Below, one piece after another: positions 12,801 to 25,348 of a DNA stretch of 64,000 nt (positions are counted from its first letter, which is position 1; every line of letters starts with the position of its first letter). Under the pieces are notes generated by a model. That model saw nothing but the letters and a program-made list of their open reading frames with translations. It searched no databases and was not told where the DNA came from. Made by a program: the position numbers and the translations under genes. Source of the DNA: Chrysomallon squamiferum (lineage: Eukaryota; Animalia; Mollusca); assembly GCA_012295275.1 (NCBI GenBank), contig CM022676.1, positions 11,160,001 through 11,224,000 on the forward strand. The letters run 5' to 3'.

Positions 12801-14896
12801 AGTTAGAGTTAACACTGTAATAGATACACTAAGTTGTAAAGGTTGTCTGTGAGTTAGAGTTAACACTGTAATAGATACACTAAGTTGTAAAGGTTGTCTG
12901 TGAGTTAGAGTTAACACTGTAATAGATACACTAAGTTGTAAAGGTTGTCTGTGAGTTAGAGTTAACACTGTAATAGATACACTAAGTTGTAAAGGTTGTC
13001 TGTGAGTTAGAGTTAACACTGTAATAGATACACCTAAGTTGTAAAGGTTGTCTGTGAGTTAGAGTTAACACTGTAATAGATACACCTAAGTTGTAAAGGT
13101 TGTCTGTGAGTTAGAGTTAACACTGTAATAGATACACTAAGTTGTAAAGGTTGTCTGTGAGTTAGAGTTAACACTGTAATAGATACACCTAAGTTGTAAA
13201 GGTTGTCTGTGAGTTAGAGTTAACACTGTAATAGATACACTAAGTTGTAAAGGTTGGCTGTGAGTTAGAGTTAACACTGTAATAGATACACCTAAGTTGT
13301 AAAGGTTGTCTGTGAGTTAGAGTTAACACTGTAATAGATACACCTAAGTTGTAAAGGTTGTCTGTGAGTTAGAGTTAACACTGTAATAGATACACTAAGT
13401 TGTAAAAAGGTTGTCTGTGAGTTAGAGTTAACACTGTAATAGATACACTAAGTTGTAAAGGTTGTCTGTGAGTTAGAGTTAACACTGTAATAGATACACT
13501 GTGAGTTAGAGTTAACACTGTAATAGATACACTAAAAGGTTGTCTGTGAGTTAGAGTTAACACTGTAATAGATACACCTAAGTTGTAAAGGTTGTCTGTG
13601 TGAGTTAGAGTTAACACTGTAATAGATACACCTAAGTTGTAAAGGTTGTCTGTGAGTTAGAGTTAACACTGTAATAGATACACCTAAGTTGTAAAGGTTG
13701 TCTGTGAGTTAGAGTTAACACTGTAATAGATACACCTAAGTTGTAAAGGTTGTCTGTGAGTTAGAGTTAACACTGTAATAGATACACCTAAGTTGTAAAG
13801 GTTGTCTGTGAGTTAGAGTTAACACTGTAATAGATACACTAAGTTGTAAAGGTTGTCTGTGAGTTGTTAACACTGTAATAGATACACTAAGTTGTAAAGG
13901 TTGTCTGTGAGTTAGAGTTAACACTGTAATAGATACACCTAAGTTGTAAAGGTTGTCTGTGAGTTAGAGTTAACACTGTAATAGATACACCTAAGTTTAA
14001 AGGTTGTCTGTGAGTTAGAGTTAACACTGTAATAGATACACCTAAGTTGTAAAGGTTGTCTGTGAGTTAGAGTTAACACTGTAATAGATACACCTAAGTT
14101 GTAAAAGGTTGTCTGTGAGTTAGAGTTAACACTGTAATAGATACACCTAAGTTGTAAAGGTTGTCTGTGAGTTAGAGTTAACACTGTAATAGATACACCT
14201 AAGTTGTAAAGGGTTGTTAGAGTTAACACTGTGAGTTAGAGTTAACACTGTAAATAGATATAGATACCTAAGTTGTAAAAGGTTGAGTTAACACTGTGAG
14301 TTGTGAGTTAGAGTTAACACTGTAATAGATACACTAAGTTGTAAAGGTTGTCTGTGAGTTAGAGTTAACACTGTAATAGATACACTAAGTTGTAAAGGTT
14401 GTCTGTGAGTTAGAGTTAACACTGTAATAGATACACTAAGTTGTAAAGGTTGTCTGTGAGTTAGAGTTAACACTGTAATAGATACACCTAAGTTGTAAAG
14501 GTTGTCTGTGAGTTAGAGTTAACACTGTAATAGATACACCTAAGTTGTAAAGGTTGGCTGTGAATTGGAGACAAATCTTACGATTATTCCAATAAAGGTT
14601 TTTTCACTAACAAGCGCCAGGCTGAGTGATGACCCTTCCTCAACGCTAGCTCTTAGTGCACAGTGAATCTGAAAACATTTCATCATTATAAACATTTCTT
14701 TCTAAATAAAATATTATAAACATATCTTTCTAAATAAAATATTATAAACATATCTTTCTAAACAAAATATTATAAACACCTCTTTCTAAATAAAATATTA
14801 TAAACATATCTTTCTAAATAAAATATTATAAACATTTCTTTCTAAATAAAATATTATAAACACCTCTTTCCAAACAAAACTGCATTATAAACATAC

Positions 14897-14934
<38 letters not shown>

Positions 14935-15341
14935 CACTTATAATAAAGGTAGTAGTTAAATAAAATATTTCCAAATAAATCAGTTTAAAGTTTCAGACAT
15001 TTTCTATACTAAAATAAAATTAAAAAAAAATTCCACAATATGTTTCGAAATAAAATATTTTGATATAATTATTGTGATAAACGTATATTTCTAAAAGAAA
15101 CATTAAATGTACTTTTCTATTTAAAACATTCTGACATGACTGTTATGATGAACCTACCTTTCAAAAACAAATATTTAACATAAGATGCAAATACGTGTAC
15201 TTTTTCAGACATTTTGACATTTATTATTGCTATATACCCTAATTATTAAAAGAAACATTTTGTCATATTTTAGTATAAATTTACCATTCTAAATAAAATA
15301 TCTGAACATATTCTTAAAAAAACTTAATATTCCTCATAAAA

Positions 15342-15440
<99 letters not shown>

Positions 15441-15544
15441 CATCAGTAGGTTTGTAGTTGGATCGAAGAAAAAGGATAAATAGACAGAAAAAAAGAAAAA
15501 AAAAGAATATATAAAATGGAACCTACATTAACATAGACAACAAC

Positions 15545-15615
<71 letters not shown>

Positions 15616-18600
15616 TAACAACAACAAAATAGCAATAATAATAAAAAATAAGAAAGATATCAGATTACATGGAATCCAACTGTAAAGATGTTGGCTGTAT
15701 ACATACAAAGAATCCAACAGTTTTTTGTCCTAATTGAATCATAGTTTTCTCTGCGAAACCCGTATCATGTAGGAAGTTCTTGCTATCCTTCATTCGGTTT
15801 GATTTATAGTAGAAATCACCATTAAGGTACCAGAAAACTTGGTAGTACAGTGTTTTTGAAAGAGACATTTTACAAAGAAAAAGGTAAGCTTCCATGTCGT
15901 CTACCATTTCTAGCGTCGTCTTAACAACTGGTGTTCCACTTATTGTTGGAGCAGCTGAAACATAAACCAGTCACTATTTGTTTGCATGGTTGTTTCTACG
16001 GATAACATATTCCACCACTTTATATATTCTGATTAGACTACGTGCAGAAAGTATCCATGCCTTCATTTTTGTGTGAATTTTCTTGTATAAGTATCCGTGC
16101 CTGTGTGTTCGTATGTTTGTGTGTCTGCGTGTGTGTCTGTGTATGAAGGTGAATATCAGTATATCTACCTCTCCATGTATGTGTGCCTGTTATGTACCTG
16201 TCCATGAATGTGAATATATGCATGTCTCTGCACGTGTTTGTGTGTTTGGATGTATGTATCAATTCATGTGCAGATATATAGTTAACTAGAACTGGCTGTT
16301 AGCCTCTGTTTATAGATGGAAAAATCTGGCAAAGAAGGACAAAGTCCAGTCATGGCGTAATAAAGGTGAGAGGACATTGGGCATCTGTGTGTATTTGTGC
16401 GTCTGTGTGCTTACGTTTCTGTTTGTGTGTGAGGTGTGTGTGAAGGTAGCACATTATGTATACAGTAGCCTACATACCAACATCGTTAAGCGGTTCTGAA
16501 AAATTAATATATATATATACATATATACACACACACATACATACATACATACATTTCGCATTTTTCTCTCTGTCAGCTTTATCCTAATTTTTCATATAAG
16601 AATAGCAAAATGTATTTATTTGTTTTCAAAAATGAAAATTGCAACAGTAACAGTGATAATACAACAAAAACAGAGGAAAAGGAGGAAACAATGGAGAAGG
16701 AAGTGGAAAATTAGAAGGAAAGTTTAAACTTATCACTAGAAAGTTTTATGAACAAATAAAATACTAACAAACAAACATGTCATAAATAAATAAACACCTA
16801 AAAAAGAGACATACCAATGCAGTAGGCTGACATGTAATATGTCCGTTTTAGATGATACACATTGAACGAACCACATAACTTAGCCTCAATGTTAAAAGGA
16901 CGAAAACAGGTTGATTTACCAAAAAGTGTACACATCTTCAGATAAACGTCGGGTTTCTCCTTCAAGGGTAAATCTGTCAAATATACTCATAATACAATTC
17001 CCACAGTGATATATAAATATAAGTCATAATAAACCAAACAAAGAAATAAATAAAACGAGCTATTTGTGAACATTTCTATGTCAGTGCTTGATCACGAATA
17101 CAGTTTGAAAATCCTTTTCTTCAGCTGTCAGAAATATTTCATAAAAAATATGTAACAGACACACCAAAAATTATTTGTATATGTGTATGTGTAAATTTTT
17201 ATTTACTAACTGATGGTGTGTACACAGGATAGAGTGTTGCACGTTTGTACTTCTCTGGTTTCTCCGTGAGAAGCAGCACATCTTTCTCTCCATACCAGCC
17301 TTCCTTTATGAATCGATCATTGATTTCATATTCATCCGCTCCAACTTTATAATTTCGGTCTCTTCTTTCAGAATCGGGAAAAGGTTTGTAGTTTGTGCAA
17401 GGATCTTTGCAGTGGAAAAATAACAAGAATTTAAGTAAGACCAGGAACAACAACAACAGCGACAATGATAAAGCTTGGCAGAGCTTCAATGCAATTCAGC
17501 ATTCTAACTTACCGATGTAACTAACCTAAATTTCAAATATTAGGTCAGTTGGAGCAGTAGTTTTGGAGATGTGGGTCCCACACATTTTGACCCTGATATC
17601 TTGATAATCAGAAGGTCGATTTCGATAAAACTGGTGTCTGTGGAAAGTTAATTTGATGGGAATTTCAAACTTCATATTATTTCTTTGATAGGTGCCATCT
17701 AAAGTATGGAAACCTTTTGATCTTTTGTCTGACCTTGAATTCAACCTTTTAAGTGTATGAAACTGATATAGTGGTCTCCATGCTCATCTGTATCAGGCCA
17801 GTCTTTTCATGATCGGGATGAGCTGCGATGGCTACCATAAAAGAAAGTCAACTTGTGCACTCAATTTATACGCGTACCTGCGAAAAAGTGATAGAAATTT
17901 ACAAAACTGAAGATTTATTTTAATGTTTATAGAAATCTGAAATTGATTTCTTAAGCTGGTGTTGAATTTCTTCACATTTTTAGCTGGGACATTGAAGAAT
18001 TTGATTTCAGGAAAAAAAATATTCGGTGATGTGGTGGAGTTTCTTTATTTCCAATTCATTTTTCATATAGTCGAGAACTATTTGCTGCAATCATACACTT
18101 GGTGACAAACGCTTTATCACATCACTGACAAATGTATCGCAATACTTGAGTACACCATCTTCGAGTCTGCTTGTTTCCCACTGAAACTCCTCCTGCACTA
18201 CACATATAACGTTTCTGGTAAAATAGTTTCTTTTAGGTTCTTCAGGTATACCCTTTGGAATTCTGCGGTAAAACAGCTGAAATGAAAATTTGTCTACAAG
18301 TCAGTTTTGGATTCTGTTATGGCAATCAGTTTTGGTCTATCGGTACGAATCCATTGCTGGTATATTACGACCAGGACATTCCTTATATCCTCCATCATAG
18401 AGTATTCGTCGTCTGTGGGGCACATGTTTTTCACGGAACATTTCAAACATGCTTCAGTTCTAACTTAGAGTTCTGGTGGAAAGAGGAGTTTCTGATGATC
18501 GAGCAAGAACATACCATTTCTGATAGGATTCTTTCCTGGAAAATTAAACTACTGCTCTGACTGATGTAATATTTGGCATTTGGGCTAGTTACGTCAAGTC

Positions 18601-20512
18601 GTAACTACAATACAAATTTCAGCAAAAGCGAAGATGGTGAGGTTAAATCAATAAGGTATTTTCACAAAGAATAACCAATAACTGATTAAAATAATTTGGT
18701 CAATTTCCAAGGATTGGTAAAAATTATGGACTGATCATCATGACAAGCCATTTTCAAACTGATCGCTAGTAAATTCTGAGAGTAACAGTCTCAGTGCACG
18801 GATCTCATTCCAGTGTCTGGAAAGATCCACTACTGTGGTAAATGTAAACACAACTAATGAATACATGCAATATTATTTAGTAATCACATTTATTTCAAAG
18901 AAAAACTCTATAAAAACATTCTTCAAAAACAAATAACAAACAAAAAGCAATTGTAATTCAAAAACTTAATTTTAATATATTGGATTATAAGATAGTTGAA
19001 GGTATGTTCATGATAACATTTTATATTATCCTGTCTTCATATGGTATTTCAATGTTTTTCTAGTGAATTAAGGGCCACGGAAAAAGTGTTTCTCTGTCAG
19101 TACTGTATCAATAGGCAGGAGTATGTATCATTGCTGAGCAATTTCAGAGTTAATGGATGTCGGTTTTAAGGAACTGCTTCTACCAAAAGTCAGTGCTGAC
19201 GCGGAAAAAGGAAAATTTCCAGTTTCTGAATGGATTGAAGGGAGCTTATTCAGCCAAGTTAAAAGATAGTAGAACAGTTCTACGTTCTAGAACGGTATGA
19301 AATACTCAGCATAATTTCTGTTTAGATATAGGAGCATTTTAAAGGCAAACAAATCTTCAAATCCTGAATGTCTGAAGACAGGAAAAACTGAATTAGACTG
19401 AATTTATAAAAGGATCTTGGACCGTACGGGTAAGTGAATCCAGCTGAAAAGCATTCCATTATATAGGTGCATAAGTACAACAGCTTTATAAATTGTTTTA
19501 ATGTCTCTATCTCGAATCTACAGAGAAAAAGAATAAAATATTTTGTTTATATATATATATATATATTTTTTTTTAATTGCTTTGACGTCAAGCTTTCTTT
19601 TCTGAGAATCTCTTTGCTGAGATGCTTCTTATGAAATAAATTACATAATTATATCATTTGCATATTTTATTAGTTGTGTTTATCTTTACAACAGTTGTTT
19701 TCAGTGAATAACTGACCTTTGATTCGAGGCACTCTCGTGATTCTCTTAAATAGCCTTCTACAGAGCGAATCAGACAATTTACAGACTAAAATATTCAGGT
19801 GTTCTACAGAGCGAATCAGACAATTTACAGACTAAAAGATTCAAGTGTTCTACAGAGCGAATCAGACAATTTACAGACTAAAATATTCAGGTGTTCTACA
19901 GAACGAATCAGACAATTTACAGACTAAAATATTCAGGTGTTCTACAGAAGGAATCAGACAATTTACAGACTAAAATATTCAGGTGTTCTACAGAACGAAT
20001 CAGACAATTTACAGACTAAAATATTCAGGTGTTCTACAGAACGAATCAGACAATTTACAGACTAAAATATTCAGGTGTTCTACAGAACGAATCAGACAAT
20101 TTACAGACTAAAATATTCAGGTGTTCTACAGCACGGCCGATTTTACACACTGCTTATGACACACACACACACGTTTGAAAAAGTGTGATAACTGATTAAA
20201 TGATTATAATAACAAGCATATATATGCTTGTTATTATAATCATTTAATCAGTTATCACACTTTTATATATAACTGATAAACCTATAATTAATTGAACCAC
20301 ATTAAATGAGACCATGATAAATTAAGAAACCTTTTGCATAAGGTACACATAGAGAACATTTGATATAATCTTATATTAAATTAATATGTGTGTTTCTGAA
20401 TGTGTGTATGCGGTAGTTTATGTGACAGTAATATATAATATGTAAAATGACCTGTTTGAGCTTTCAGTGCTAATGAGATAGGAACCAGAAATAACAAACA
20501 TTTGAAGAACAT
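811..20512 (-). CDS. Copy A: secreted VWDE-like / fibrinogen C-terminal domain (FReD) fusion protein, 22 exons; carries frameshifts in this sequence (possible pseudogene)
   Basis: Exons 5'->3': 20512-20452, 17404-17207, 16973-16815, 16495-16478, 15954-15707, 14668-14582, 10226-9869, 9241-9153, 8871-8808, 8487-8305, 8110-7914, 7695(or 7724)-7409, 6847-6674, 6352-6175, 5830-5640, 4914-4651, 4109-4003, 3682-3553, 3217-3097, 1888-1743, 1350-1191, 906-811 (TAA). Motifs read directly: [15 protein letters not shown] (signal), DPC..EGWY..SAYCIG (D8C), CSSTGDPH (VWD), RKKKR and [32 protein letters not shown] (EGF), [54 protein letters not shown]...GGFWF..C (FReD). Lesions are listed in findings. Confidence 0.85.
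5170..5400 (+). mobile_element. Possible relic of a DNA-transposon C-terminal Cys-rich region (Academ-like)
   Basis: With several frameshifts it reads roughly PP-PEE-LK..TCS*K.C...TCWKAAVK, resembling the PPAPxxLLxxIxCxCK..C.C.KAGL motif. GC-richer than the flanks and not seen in the B or C introns. Very decayed; family is tentative. Confidence 0.25.
10871..11010. repeat. 50-bp tandem repeat, about 2.7 copies
   Basis: aatatttctaaatgtatgaataaaagaaaatactacac(g/a)taaagatatcta repeated at 10871, 10921 and 10971. Confidence 0.85.
11070..14563. repeat. 51/52-bp minisatellite, about 65 copies, in copy A intron 6
   Basis: Unit (c)ctaagttgtaaaggttgtctgtgagttagagttaacactgtaatagataca; near-identical copies differing by one C; degenerate at the left edge. 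Confidence 0.97.
14685..14870. repeat. About 28-bp tandem repeat next to the exon 6 acceptor of copy A
   Basis: ttataaacatatctttctaaataaaata, about 6 copies. Confidence 0.85.
15344..15436. repeat. (AG)n microsatellite
   Basis: Pure AG run of about 92 bp. Confidence 0.95.
16478..16495 (-). CDS. Copy A 18-nt micro-exon (exon 4)
   Basis: ttttcag|AACCGCTTAACGATGTTG|gtatgt, phase 1-1, encodes EPLNDV; an 18-nt counterpart sits at the same position in copy B. Confidence 0.7.
17520..18560 (-). mobile_element. Decayed DDE DNA transposon (Sola2-like) in copy A intron 1
   Basis: Minus-strand fragments in the expected order: [20 protein letters not shown]....[54 protein letters not shown]. These resemble transposases with the DFAENY...QDEIQS motif. 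Bases 17525-17580 resemble the TIR of the element at 43963. Superfamily name is from recall. Confidence 0.6.
19756..20131. repeat. 46-bp tandem repeat, about 8 copies
   Basis: gttctacagaacgaatcagacaatttacagactaaaatattcaggt repeated. Confidence 0.93.
20179..20264. repeat. Perfect 86-bp palindrome
   Basis: aaaagtgtgataactgattaaatgattataataacaagcatat followed directly by its exact reverse complement. Confidence 0.92.
20452..20512 (-). CDS. Copy A exon 1, signal peptide
   Basis: [23 protein letters not shown]+G|gtcatt; 61 nt, same length and phase as copy B exon 1; joins in frame to D-P-C of exon 2. Confidence 0.75.
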
Positions 20513-20545
20513 CTTGGACTGAAGAATAAATACATTAAATATACA

Positions 20546-20553
20546 TTTATATA
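20546..20553 (-). promoter_or_regulatory. Candidate TATA box of copy A
   Basis: TATATAAA about 35-40 nt upstream of the ATG, at a similar position in copy B. AT-rich background lowers specificity. Confidence 0.4.
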
Positions 20554-20701
20554 AACAAAATTATTAATATAAAAAAAGAAACAACATTTTTAATGACACT
20601 AATGTCAACACGTATCACTTTGATCTATAATTAAAAAAATTAATAATTTAAACCAGTGCTTGAATTTAAAGTATCAATCAGAATTTGAACATTGGTTTTT
20701 G

Positions 20702-20733
<32 letters not shown>

Positions 20734-21512
20734 TTGTTTTGTTATGTTTGTTTCTTGTTCACTTTTGTTTTTTTAATTGCTTTTTTTGTTGTTGTTGTTT
20801 TGTTGTTGAATTTTTCCTTTGTTTATTTATTTTTTTTTTTTGATTATGTAATAATTTAATGTGTTGGTGTTGTTGTTTTTTTTGTGTTTTTTTCGCTTTT
20901 CTTTTTTTTATTTATTTATTTATTTATTTATTTTTGGCTTTTTACAGTAATGTCAAAGTGGAGACGATTTCGAAGTCATAATTCATTTGGAAGTATGGAA
21001 GACGAAGATTTCCAAATGTTTAGAGGAGACACACTAAGAAGAATGTTGTGTATGAAAGAGCATTTAAATTTTATAACGATCGGACATTTCAAGAAAATAA
21101 GGGGAAATATTTCGTAACCAAGCACTGGCTTCAAGAAATACGTCATAAGGCATACCGACAGTGTAGAAAATACAACAAGGGCAAAAAAAAAGAAAAGATT
21201 ACTACAATCATAAATGAATACCATAATCACACACAAATAAATACTCTTAAGGATGAACTCATAGCATTACCAAAAATGCATGTGATCAACAAGACAAATA
21301 CATTTTTTTTTTTTTTTTTAAACAGTTGTATAAAAGAAGTGATTTATGAATGTGTTAAAGTTAATTAGTCAGTTGTATAATAAATAAACTTGAAATAATT
21401 AGCACATATAATAATCTAATCAAAACAAAATGTCCAGCCTTAAGTATATTCTTTTCTACTTTCTTTTTTTTTTTGCCAAACAAAAATTCAAATTGGTATT
21501 ATTATTATTATG

Positions 21513-21545
<33 letters not shown>

Positions 21546-22022
21546 TTTTATATTTTTTGTTGTTGTTGTTGTTGTTCATTACTGAGACATTTCGTTATAG
21601 TGTTTTTATTGTTTAAAACTTTATATACATCAGATTATCATTATAATAACAATACCATTAGGAACAAAACAAATAAATAAATATATAAATATATTTTTTT
21701 TAAAACTAGGAAAAAAGAAACAAAAGCACAAAATTATTTTTGGTAACATAGTTGTCAGTAACAAAAAGCACATTAATAATGTTCACATTTTGTTGTAAAC
21801 AAAGTAGCAGATTGTTTTGACATTGTTCAAAGTTAGAATGAAAAGCACCTCTGTTCCACCAACCCCAGACACAATATAAAGCAAAAATATTTACAGGAAA
21901 AACATTTGTAAAATATTTAAATGTCAATAACAGTTATTCATCTGTGCAGAAAACAGAATAAATAAATAAATAAATAATAGCAATAATAACCAGATCCCCC
22001 CCAAAAAAAAAAAAAAAAAAAA

Positions 22023-22054
<32 letters not shown>

Positions 22055-23599
22055 CAACAACTGTATGGCAAGTAAATAAATGAATGAACAACAAGAACAA
22101 AAAAAAAAAAAAAAAAATGCAAGAAGGGGATGAAAATAGCAAATAATAAGATACTAATGTCTTTATAATTAGAAAAAAGAACGTCATGTTTGTGTATTCA
22201 GCAGACTCTTCAGTTAACAGCCTACATTGACGCTGAAAGGCAATTAAATTGAAACCGTTGTAATGGGATTATATTGATAAAACACTTTAATAATTCTTAT
22301 ACCAGAAATGTTTAATGTCGACAACATTTTCATACGTTATATTAACGTGAATCTCCTTAGCTGACCAACCCGGTTTGCCTCCGTGATCTTCCTATAAATC
22401 GGAGGAAACAATAGAAATAATTGTTTTTATTATTATTATTTTTTCTAAATGTATTTCATGAACTAATTATTTCTTTGTGTGGAATTCAGAAAGTCAAACA
22501 GAACAATTTTCAACTCCACGAGGCTAACTCATGTGCGTGGCCTCATTTGCATGCGTTATTTCATTAGGTATCTTTATTGATTTCATTTTTTAAATTGAAA
22601 TACCACAACAAGATATAATTTTGAAAAAAAAAAAAAATGTGCAGAGCTATTGAAAAAGCTATGATGTTGTAAGTCAATACATAGTTTCTGTTAAAATGCA
22701 AATTATACAATGGTTTATCAAAATCATTTGTGATACAACAGAAACAATTTTCTTTGTGATAAGCCAAATCTGCAAATGGAGTGTATTAGGATATAATAAA
22801 TAACATTATTAAACTAGTGACACTAGTGCATCGTGTATCTTTATAGCACTGTTTCATATTGTATTCCTTTTTAGCAGAAACCTTTCCTTTCATTTTAAAT
22901 TCTGTGACGTGTTTGTATACTAAGTCAGATCATATTTAAATATTAATCTTAGTGGAACTGTGAGCTGTGGGGACAGCAGTTAACACATCACACAAGTCAT
23001 CAATCAGAAGTGATATAGTGGAAACAGACAAAACGAATATTTAAATTTAACTCGCAGCAATACCGGTTTTAAGCAGATTTTCTAAACAATTATTTAACAT
23101 TCTGTATATTCATGAAAACAAACAAAAGTATATTTTGACTAATTATTCTTTTTTCTTCTTTTTTTTTAAAGGTAACGAATAACAGTCTTATGAAGTATTT
23201 TGCCTTTTTTAATCACACTGCAAGATTTTAAAAATAACAGTTTATTCTGGTTATGCAGGTTACTGAAGATGTAGAACTGCTGAAATATAATTTCTAACCT
23301 ATCACCAGTTTTCTTCTGCCTTTATGATCATTTACACAAACATAAAATATGATTGTTATTATTGTTTTGTTTTGTGTGTGTGTGTGTGTGGGGGGGGTTC
23401 GCTCTATTTTTCTGTATTTTCAGACATGTCGGACATAAATTCAGCTGTTAAAAATAAAAAAGATTAATTTTGATGTGTGAATTATGATTCCGAAACACAA
23501 GCTATAAACTCTGCTTTTCCACCCACAGTTTGAACCAAATATTTTCTGTAATGTAGAAACCTTATAATTACTATCAGGCAAAAACATTATTGTTAATGA

Positions 23600-24500
23600 C
23601 AGACAAAACGTTATACTACTGTGAGACAAAACTTTGTAGTTACTGTGAGACAAAGCTTTGTATTTACTGTGAGACAAAACTTTGTAGTTACTGTGAGACA
23701 AAGCTTTGTATTTACTGTCAGACAAAACTTTGTATTTACTGTCAGACAAAACTTTGTAGTTACGGTGAGACAAAACTTTGTAGTTACTGTGAGACAAAGC
23801 TTTGTATTTACTGTCGGACAAAACTTTGTATTTACTGTCAGACAAAACTTTGTATTTACTGTCAGACAACACTTTGTAGTTACTGTGAGACAAAACTTTG
23901 TATTTACTGTGAGACAAAACTTTATAGTACTGTGAGACAAAACTTTGTAGTTACTGCGAAACAAAACTTTGTGGTTACTGTCAGACAAAACTTTCAGACA
24001 AAACATTTTAGTTACTGTCAGAGAAAACGTTGTAGTTATTGTGAGGCAAAGCTTTGCAGTTATAGTGAGACAAAGCTTTGTGGTTATTGTGAGACAAAAC
24101 TTTGAAGTTACTGTCAGACAAACTTTGTAGTTACTGTCAGACAAAACTGTGTAGTTACTGTCAGACAAAACTTTGTAGTTACTGTCAGAGAAAACTGTGT
24201 AGTAACTGTGAGGCAAAGCTTTGCAGTTACTGTCAGACAAAGCTTTGTATTTACTGTCGGACAAAACTTTGTATTTACTGTCAGACAAAACTTTGTATTT
24301 ACTGTCAGACAACACTTTGTAGTTACTGTGAGACAAAACTTTGTATTTACTGTGAGACAAAACTTTATAGTACTGTGAGACAAAACTTTGTAGTTACTGC
24401 GAAACAAAACTTTGTGGTTACTGTCAGAGAAAACTGTGTAGTAACTGTGAGGCAAAGCTTTGCAGTTACTGTCAGACAAAATGTTGTAGTTACTGTGTGA
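23600..24500. repeat. 24-bp minisatellite downstream of the copy B stop codon
   Basis: Unit actttgtagttactgtgagacaaa, roughly 35 copies with higher-order block duplication. Confidence 0.95.
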
Positions 24501-24732
24501 TAAAACTGAATCTGTGTGTTAGCATTTTCACAAAACAAATGAATATGTATGTATATTATTTTAACAAAACAAATAAATCTGTTTATCTTACAAAATCAAA
24601 ATGAATGTATGTCTACATGTCATGAATTAAGTAATTTGTTATATCATTCCTTTCAAAGGAAAACAGAAAAACAAAAACAAACACAATGAGATATTAGTTT
24701 AGTTGTCTTCAATTTCAAGTAAAAACAAGTGA

Positions 24733-25015
24733 TTAATTTCGAGGTCTGATTGACATAGTAATAAATTTCACAGGCACCAGTCGCGGTGTATTAAACCATG
24801 ACATTCTACTTAGAGACTATAAAAAAGAATAGTGATAATAATAAAATAACAATCATAGTATAATTATAAATAAAATAAAATAATATTAATATCATATTAC
24901 AATTTCTACTACCACATGAAATTCCTTTAAACACCTAATCTGCTGTTTGGTTTACAGAGCTGTTCAGTATACTCAGGTTTTGAGAAACAACTTTTACTAG
25001 ATCAAAATGTTTTAA

Positions 25016-25088
<73 letters not shown>

Positions 25089-25285
25089 TAAGTCTAAATG
25101 TATTAAATATTTTTAAAAACACAAGCAACCAATTTAAAGTGTAAATTCTTTAATAAGATTATTGAACATTTTAAAAGTGGTCTTTTCTGATGTTTCGATT
25201 TAGAGCAGTTTATTAACAATTTAAGAGTGACAAGAACAAGAAAAGAAAACCTATTTAGTTTATTATTATTATTATTATTATAATA

Positions 25286-25348
<63 letters not shown>

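Noticed and set aside
11070-14563. Regular repeat array that could be mistaken for CRISPR, and its [17 protein letters not shown] ORFs
   Set aside because: Head-to-tail identical units with no unique spacers, no cas genes, inside a eukaryotic intron; the ORFs are broken by 51/52-bp unit variation.
22358-22390. tagctgaccaacccggtttgcctccgtg resembling a Helitron-type end
   Set aside because: Too short and degenerate; no matching other end found.
23441-24500. Cys-rich repeat ORFs (CETKLCSY, SHSNYKVL)
   Set aside because: Translations of a 24-bp minisatellite, open in several frames on both strands, with no splice or domain context.
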